Below are positions 55,808-64,000 of a stretch of 64,000 nucleotides of DNA, in pieces. The notes under the pieces are model-generated. The model worked only from the letters and a program-made list of their open reading frames with translations. It was not told the DNA's origin and did not search any database. A program made the position numbers and the translations under genes. The DNA comes from Laetmonice hystrix (taxonomy: Eukaryota). Location of the stretch: positions 33,668,001-33,732,000 of the forward strand of contig OZ249436.1 in NCBI GenBank assembly GCA_965235115.1, read 5' to 3'. Numbering within the stretch: position 1 is the stretch's first letter; every line of letters begins with the position of its first letter.

Positions 55808-57261
55808 GGCACAGCATCAATATGTCTGGAATATGAAAAAAAATCATTTCAGACGTTTGAGAGTCTTGTTACGTCTTATCCCTAGTTGCCAGTTATAATG
55901 ACGTCTCTAAGGGTGACACGTGTAAAGAATTTCAGATGAAGATATTAGGGATGAATGCACACTAGTATGAAATAAAAAGTTTCTGTTAAGGTTAAAAATC
56001 ATACTTTTTTTTTTTAATTCACAAAGAGTACAAGGAGTCCAATACTTTTCAAAAGGGCTGTAACATCTCGATACGGTTGGAATGTCTTACGACCAGAGAT
56101 GGTGGTAGTTGGATGTCAAGATCTCTGTAACGATCTATAGTCATGTCCTGTTTTTTATATCGTCATCCGAAATGATTATGAGGACTTGACTTTAAAGATT
56201 TCAGTTGATCTGGGCTGCAATCTTCTAGACCCAATGTCAGTCCTCGACGGGTGGCCGACTCATATACGCCGGATGTTCAACAACCTATTTTCTATCCATG
56301 CTACTATGAGATAATACAATGACTACTCATCATTGTCCCATACTGAGAGGGTAAATAACGATATCCCTCTTACAGGTGGAACAACAGCATTACAAAGAAG
56401 AAAACACACACACACCCCTCCACTTAAAACAGGTTATAGGCCTAGCCTTATACAATTAGTTTAATTCGCAAAAAAGTAAAAAAGTTTTACAAAATGTCCT
56501 TTCAGTTTTAATGAATATTCACTTGGTATAGACAGTTTGGCGACATCGGTGATGGGGATATCAATATGATCGATTTAGTTTCAAATGACATATTACTATG
56601 TCTGCTGTCCTGTTATGACAGGCTGGAGGCCAGCTGCCACATGTATTACATGTATATGAAAAGTGCAATCATTCTATTGCCTCTATACCGTAGACCCAGT
56701 TGGTATGTAGGCCTCTGTAGAAGAAAAACGCCGCCAGTTCATGCCCACGGATAGCGACAGTTGGTATTGGCGGCAGACCAGTTATTATTCTCAAGGACAG
56801 ACTTTGACCTTTAATGTTTGAACAAAGATTACCAGGGGGATGTCGACATCAGAGATAGCGGTCGATGAATCTCCAAACACAGCCCATTGTTTGCAAGGTT
56901 CACGCTGATGTTTATCATAACAAGGTGCTAGTGTTGTTAACATTATCGATTTGGCTATCATCCGTAACCTCACCAACAAGGTGTCATGGCAATGGTGATA
57001 CAGCACTTATTTTGACGAGGGCGATGAAAATAACTCCGCTCAAAATTAGGCACCAAAGGCTAAATTAATAAACCACGTGTCCATACGCCCACGGCCTTTT
57101 ATTACGAGTACAGTGTTCCTTTTTTAAAGTCGCTCAGTGGCATTATTCGCTTGAATTTTTCCACTTTGTACATCTGCTTGTTGACGTAACCATCCAATGT
57201 ATTTTTGAAATGTCATGGCTCGCGCCGTCGTGTTGGTCTTCTGTGGACGGACATAGCCCAC

Positions 57262-57342
57262 GTCTGCCAGTCTGCAGCTGGTATGGTAGTCTGCCAGTCT
57301 GCAGCTGGTATGGTAGTCTGCCAGTCTGCAGCTGGTATGGTA
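57262..57342. repeat. 27-bp tandem repeat x3
   Basis: gtctgccagtctgcagctggtatggta repeated three times, exact. Confidence 0.95.
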
Positions 57343-59492
57343 GGCAGGTAGTAGTGTATGAAACTAGCCTTTTCATGTCAATCATCACACTGGTAAAAAT
57401 TGTTGATGCAAATAGATCAGTATGTAATATGTTTAGTTTAATATAATATAATAGTTTACTGTATTATATATTGGCCATGCTAATTAAAACTGTTGATGCC
57501 TGCATTACAAAGGCAAGCGTCCATAATTATACAAAAGGCATAGGCTGCCCTCATACGAATACATAAGCTCGGTGGGATGTCACCGAACACCTGTGGTTGT
57601 ATGGAGGCCTGTACAAACCGGTCTGTTTGAGGGGGATATAGATTATACTGGCTGAAGTTGTCTATTATTTACCCACAGGATATCGGTCGATGCCTGTCGA
57701 TAACAGGTACATAGATCTAGTCTCCACACATTATACACAGTGCTTTAAACAAGTCGTATATATAGAGTAAGCTTTTAATTATCACCGATCTCAAACTTAC
57801 TCGGACTCGTACCGATCCATAATCCGTTTTCTCATATAAAGGACAACATGACGGCCTAGATCTACCTCTTTCAATGAACACTATCGTATGACACTTATAA
57901 AAACACTCCAGACATCACATGATGAATGCTATGGAGAACTGCCGTGCAAACGGCTACTGTCTCGGTCGGTCTGCCACAGCCGAACTACGTTCTAACTTCC
58001 TGGCCCCGTCCCGCCAACTCGGGCTCTCTTTGACAGTCGGTTATTGTTGTTAATAGTGGCTTCCGTGTGAGAGGCCAGGTCAGCACAAACACGTTCCCAC
58101 GGACACAAACAAGTATCTGACCTGGCTGACCATGACTAAAGACAGGTGAAACTTAGATGGGTCAATGGCATTGAAAATGGCACTCTACAGCTCACCTGAG
58201 TTCCCCATATACTTGTGTGCATTATGTAATCCAGAGGACAGATATGTCATGTAGGTTGCCTACCTTGACGGTTACCTGGTGGAGCGCCAACCAGTAATAA
58301 TCATTAACCGTCGCGTAGCCTTAAGTGCAGCGGTCTGACCTTGCGTTGGCTGAAGGTGTACGCTATACCTGGCTTACGGTTAAAAAAGGCTATGCTACAT
58401 CAGACACACATAGGCTTAAGCAAAGATGATGTGACAGTAAGGGGGTGTGGAAAGCATAAGGAGCTTACCTGAGCTTAGGTAAAGTCGGTGGTTGTGTTTG
58501 AAAGGTGTGACATCACGGCGAACGTAGCCATCGTACAGTATCTGGTGCTGAAGGTGTGCTGTCTGGGCACGTATGGTAGGCCGGTTGGATGATTCACAAT
58601 GCGGGACCCAACTGTGAACGTGAGCAGGTGAGGCGGGGAGGGGGGTAGGGGAGGGTGGGGCCGGCCGCCGGTCGATGTGTACGGTGATGTGTTGTAAACC
58701 CGCCGGGGAGTCCTGAACTGTCCGACCGGCTGGAGCATGCATGGCCCCGTGACGTCGTATACCTATAGGCCCAGGTGGAAGCAATGACAGAGGACCACGC
58801 GTGGGCTGTCAAAACACAGACATTCACTTCCCATGCCAGAAAGAAATGGGCGAGGAAATCCTCCTGTCATTCAGAGCAGAGGTCGCAATAATGATATCAG
58901 GCTTCGGTACTTGAAAGCACCACGCCATGTCCTTATAGTCCTTTCAACTGTGTCATTCATGCGAATACTTCATTGTTGCACCTTTGCAGGTTATTATGGA
59001 AGTCCAAATTCATGTCCTTGACTGTGTTCCATGTTGTGTGCAGATTGACTGTACCTCCCATGCGTATAAGTTCAAGATATCTGTGTTATGACTGCGATCA
59101 AAGTATCCAATTTATTCACTTTTATAGTAATATGAAACGTGATAAGAGGCGTACGCAGATGGTCGCTTATAAAATCGTTTGACAGTAAGCACAGGTGCAC
59201 GTACGTAGGCATATGCCAATTCCAGCAGGCCCTACTTTTCAAGGAAATTGACTTTGGTTCTGTAATTGCCGATTGTTAAGTACATGTGATATCTGTAATG
59301 GGATGTGCATTATGCGCAGCAAGAATATACAATGTACATATATAGACGAGACGGTCACGTGTTAAGAGGATTTATTATACTTTATAGACCTATCCAAACA
59401 CAATAACATTTTAACAATTGCAATGTGCCCATTCTGTCAGGGACTTAGATGTGAGTTATGTGCTTTCACAGTTAGGTGTGAATGTTGCTCAG

Positions 59493-59670
59493 CAGGGGCG
59501 GATCTAGGGTCTATATTTAGGGGGGGTCCTAGGGGGGTCCAGCATAAAAAGGGCAAATCGAGGGGGGGTCCGTTGTAAAAACAAAAGGCATTTTGGTTAT
59601 AAAAAAATAAATTTGGCAAATTTGAGGGGGGGGGGTCCGGACGTCGCCGACACCCCCCGATCCGCCACTG
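59493..59670. mobile_element. CAGGGGCGGATC-type MITE with 5-bp TSD CTCAG
   Basis: TIR caggggcggatc / gatccgccactg; CTCAG on both sides. Confidence 0.8.
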
Positions 59671-61469
59671 CTCAGGTCTAATTGATGAACGTCGCCATTA
59701 TCATAGACCTATTCTTTTTGTTTACAAATCACATACCGTCAACATACAGGGAATCGCAAAACTTGGCTGCGTAAAGATAAGTGAGTTCTGTGTTTGGGCA
59801 CTAATTATTTCAATTTTGGTACATTTCTCTATAAATTTGCGGGCAAGATCAGTTAATTTCCATTGAATTGAACAATACGACCGTTTTGCCCAGTTTATTT
59901 TGAAAACAGGGAAACGATGGTATGTGTACCTAATTTAGGGTATAAGATGGACATCCTATACCTGTGATAATGTTGACCAACAACCAGATGGTCATTATAA
60001 CAGGTAGACGTATTTTTCAATACATTCTACATATTCCCTTTAAAGGTTTCTGTATTTTGTTTGTCACATCAGACCACAGCGGCCTAGATTTCATAGAGCA
60101 GAACCCCAGAACGTAACCCGCAGATGGACACAGGGATGTGCTTGTTGAACCTGAATATGCATGAAATGTAAATAGGTAACAGGTATAGATCAACACACAT
60201 CATTATACAGGTCACTGTTAGTCCGCCCTATATCCGCCTGCTAAACTACACGCCAACAATCCATAATGTCCACCTGGCTGAGAAATAAAGCACTCACAAA
60301 CGCCCACATCTTTATATACAAGGTTAATTCATTGCCAAATATGGGAACGATCAATATACCCTTGAATCATTATGCAAGATACGCATGTAACCTTAATAAT
60401 TAGTATACATGTACTTGGAAACGGTAGTGCATTGTAATTAGAAATAGAAGATTGGGGTCAGTAGCGGAGGTCATGCGGTTTCAGGGCTAATTGCGGTGCA
60501 TGTTTTTTGGGGGTTAACACATGTATGCTGAGAATGTAAGGGTATGTGTTAAGGAGGTCAATGGAAACACTGCCGGGGGGCGCTTGCGAGACGCCTCATA
60601 ATCTCCGGCCGCACAGCGCGTTATAAGATTTCTGCTCTTGGCGTAGACTCTAATGTGCTGAAATTATAACAGTTACCTTTATTGTGTTGAGGCAGAACTG
60701 TATACTTGTATTTTTAGTATACACCAAAGAATCCAACTAAAACAATTTTTCCGAAAAGACGATTTAGTTTGTGCCCTTCCTCTTACAATTTCAACTGCAC
60801 TAAAACTTTGTAATACGCCTATCCTATTGTAAACAATATTCACCACAACATTAGGGAAGTCGTAATGCGACGTGACAAGAATAAAGATTTAATGAGAACG
60901 TTCAATGTTTTAACATCACCAGCTGAAAGAGCAGATGTTACGTGACTGCCCCTAAGGCCATCTGGTAGCCTATATGTTCTAACTTTTACGAAAATAGTGT
61001 TCATTTTAAGCAAATGTTTATCTGAAAAACGTCATACAGTATCGTAGTAATGTAGGGAATCTGGGGATCGCTTACTGTCCCTGGAAATGGTCAATTAAAG
61101 GAACATCGGTTATTACATTGATAGCCTAAATAGATCTACACTCGAAAAACACATCAGTTGTCATCATAACCGATAAAAACTAAAATTGTTCAAGTCACAT
61201 CAAGAAATTCTTCTCAGACGGCTCAGTGATAATTCTTGCAAGGCTTTTTTGATCCACATCCCCTTACAAATCGTTTTGAACGGGTCGGTGCAACAGTAGA
61301 GTCCAGGGCCTACTGTTTCCATGGTCGCTGTTAAACGCGCAGAATTTTTAATGAGACAGTGTTGCGTGCGCATCATCCGGATTGCTGACGTCAAAGAACA
61401 TTCTTTTTCTGACGTGACATTGTTCAACCAGAGGCAGAGCATGTCACGTATTACAGTAACTGTGGCTGT

Positions 61470-61648
61470 CAGGGATGTAGCCAGGATTTTCTGAGGGGGG
61501 GGGGGGGGCGAGACACTAGTCTAGTGGCACACTTTTTAAACACCTATTGGTGTTTGTATAATGAAAGTTCAATCTTTACTGGGGTAAGTTTGGTTCGGTG
61601 GGGAGGGGGGTGGAAAGGCCCCCCTCGCCCCCCGGCTACACACCCCTG
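61470..61648. mobile_element. CAGGG..GTAGCC-type MITE
   Basis: Imperfect TIRs; flanks GCTGT / GCTTT. Confidence 0.65.
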
Positions 61649-62256
61649 GCTTTAACTAGAACACTGATAGACTAAGAATGGCAACTTAAATGATGACTTC
61701 ATCGAGCATTTTAAAGGTATCGTACTGTACCAGATAGAACTGCCAACAGGCTTTGTTTAAAGCTCAGAACTTAGAACTGATTTAAAGTCAACACCCTACA
61801 GCGCAATCTACAACAACGCTCGCAAATGAACTGTGGCCCATCAGTTCCTGCACACTCCTTATGTCCAATCACAAACACAAATAATGGAATCGTATCATGT
61901 CAGGGACGTCATCCTCATTACAATAGAAACTGAGGAAGAAACCCCGTGCTGCCACAGATCTAGGTCTATATGCTAAATAAATTCGACCATCATTCTTGAG
62001 TGTAGGCCTATATCAGTTGCTGTCCAGGATTATTGAGTTTAGATCTATGCCTGTCTATCAAGAGCGAGGCGTGACAGAATCACCTGACCCTGTGCATCCG
62101 TCACGGCGATTTTGTGATTCCGTCACATCCATACTTCATTATCTTAAAAGGAAAAATACCCTCAAAGTAGGCTAATATTGGGTGGAACCCGTCTTTTCAA
62201 TTAGAAAATGCAAAAAGAAGTTTCATAAAAGAGTATTGCTATAAGCAGCGAAATAC

Positions 62257-62415
62257 TACGGCTGCCCAGAAATTCCTTGTCTTCACAGTGAAATTCCTTG
62301 TCTTCACGGTGAAATTCCTTGTCTTCACAGGCGATTCCTTGTCTTTTCACTTAATCCCTTGTCTTCACAGACAGTTCCTGAAATCCTGCGCTTCACAGTC
62401 AAATCCTTGTCGACA
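62257..62415 (+). repeat. Solo TACGG..CCCAGAA terminus followed by a 21-bp minisatellite
   Basis: TACGGCTGCCCAGAA followed by (gaaattccttgtcttcacagt)n, degenerating toward the end. Confidence 0.65.
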
Positions 62416-62764
62416 CACTAAGTGTCTTATCTCTCTCGTTGGCACAGTACCGTAGTGCCACCTGCCGGAACGCATGTATAACTTTCGTACATGTACCTTA
62501 TTGCGGGCACATGGAGGCCACCGCTTCCCTTAATTTTAGGGTGTCAGTCCCTAGCGATACAACCTGACGGTGGAACTGGGAAACTACTGTAATTGATAGA
62601 ATGAAATTTTGTACATACAATGATGATCATGTTGGTGTTTTATTTTAATCTATCCAATAATCTTCACGCCAGCATGCAATGGTGGATTAACCAGAGAGTG
62701 TAGTAAAATTAATAAAATACCTATAAATATAAAAAATGGCTCATATGGCTCATAAATAGGAGAT

Positions 62765-63231
62765 TGGGGGCAATTGTAACATTTTTCACACTATTGGTGT
62801 TTACGGAAAGCCCAACTAAACTAGAGGACCTTCAATAATATCGACATTTACCCCAATGTTTCCTCCATAGTATACAGACCAAAATGGTAAAAATTAAACG
62901 ATACGTTATAGAGAACGGGACAATTTTCAAACGGGTGTCGAGTGTTACAATCGTCCCCTATATCCGGCTCAATTGTAACACCCCATGGTGAATTGTAACG
63001 GGACGAAAAAGAGGTAAAATGTCCATTTGGAAAATTCTCAATACTATTTGAACAAATACAAAAGACTGCTCTTATTTCAGAAAAAGGATATTACAATTAC
63101 ATAAAACATGAATGCCACCCAACACATGCCACCCAAATGTACATAGATGGTTGGAATGATTAAGAATTATCAGGTGCCTGGGACTGGGTGTTAATTGTAT
63201 TCAATTGTAACGTGTTACAATATCGTCCCCT
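62765..63231. mobile_element. Degenerate MITE with repeated AATTGTAAC / GTTACAAT motifs
   Basis: ggggcaattgtaaca at the left end, tgttacaat..cgtcccc at the right end, with internal copies. Confidence 0.5.
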
Positions 63232-63506
63232 GGCAGATGCGCCAGTCTGTCATGTTCATGCCCCCACATTATTTGGCCTAAGCCAAAAGTACATTGTATG
63301 GTAGCAATTTAATTCACGGGTAAAATCGACCGTATATATCTCTAAATGTTAGGACATTAGAAGAAAAAATGCAAAATGCCGAAAAATCACTCATGTGGTC
63401 GAAAAAAGTTTTTTTCCTAATAAAACGGCTGTACGTCGTGCGATTCATTTGCTTCTTTCCCACAGGTGAGAAGCGACAACAGCCATCTGTTTCGTGTAGG
63501 CCTATG

Positions 63507-63562
63507 TGCGAAAGCCCAGAAGGCTCATTCGAATTTCGAAATTCGATTTTCAAATTTCGAAA
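63507..63562 (+). repeat. Truncated copy of the terminus of the 3526-5892 element
   Basis: CGAAAGCCCAGAAGGCTCAT followed by degenerate 7-mers. Confidence 0.7.
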
Positions 63563-64000
63563 GGCTGCGGAAAGTGTATCATTGTGCGCTGTTTTGTTCG
63601 AATGCTGGTCGCAGCTTGAATTTCTCCCCGCTTTGGACCTTTGAGGCTAACCCAGCCCATCGTAACCTACTGTTTCCTAATAAATAAGAATGGAGAAACG
63701 CAATTCTTATTTAATATATTTATAGCTTGATTCGCCGTCCAAGATATAGTGTCGCTGTTACTGGACTTAGCATGAGCATTTCTTGACAGGGAGACGGCAA
63801 AAAAGACGGTGGACATTATAGGCTAAATATGTCTAGAGTCGGTGGTGCTTCCAGTGTGCACGATAGATTTATAACATTAAATATTGGGTGGCCAGGGCCA
63901 TTATACCTTCACTGGCTTCAGGGTGTACACACATCTATGTAGATAGACATAGGCCCTATAATATTATAATGTATATACTCTATAGGCCAACGTCTGATAT

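Noticed and set aside
48402..55898. Many antisense and alternative-frame ORFs
   Set aside because: Shadows of the two real minus-strand exons and their coding repeat.

Overview
This is eukaryotic (most likely invertebrate animal) genomic DNA, not prokaryotic. It has GT-AG introns, dense MITE/LINE/SINE debris and microsatellites, and no operons, CRISPR arrays, rRNA or intact tRNA genes that I could recognise. Three protein-coding loci are supported, all on the minus strand. (1) A two-exon gene of about 2,346 aa (55807-53704 joined in frame to 53306-48370). It encodes an MFHAS1/MASL1-type Roc-COR GTPase that lacks the usual N-terminal LRRs and is fused to a CARD-like death-fold domain, followed by a ~1,500-aa disordered tail with proline-rich and Ser/Thr repeat arrays. 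This is the most novel-looking item. (2) An intronless, diverged UBE2D/UBC4-5-type E2 (44986-44543) about 3.4 kb downstream. (3) The first coding exon of a BK-channel beta-subunit-like (CaKB/KCNMB/TipE-related) gene (29870-29169); I could not find its next exon. The first ~28 kb is mostly repeats: a decayed L1/Tx1 LINE inside a long inverted repeat, a decayed Tc1/mariner, Crypton-like and Harbinger-like non-autonomous elements, CAG..CTG MITEs with 5-bp TSDs, and several TAYG..CRTA elements with satellite-filled TIRs and 6-bp TSDs (IS3EU-like). All domain and family calls come from motif recognition by eye; no database search was run.
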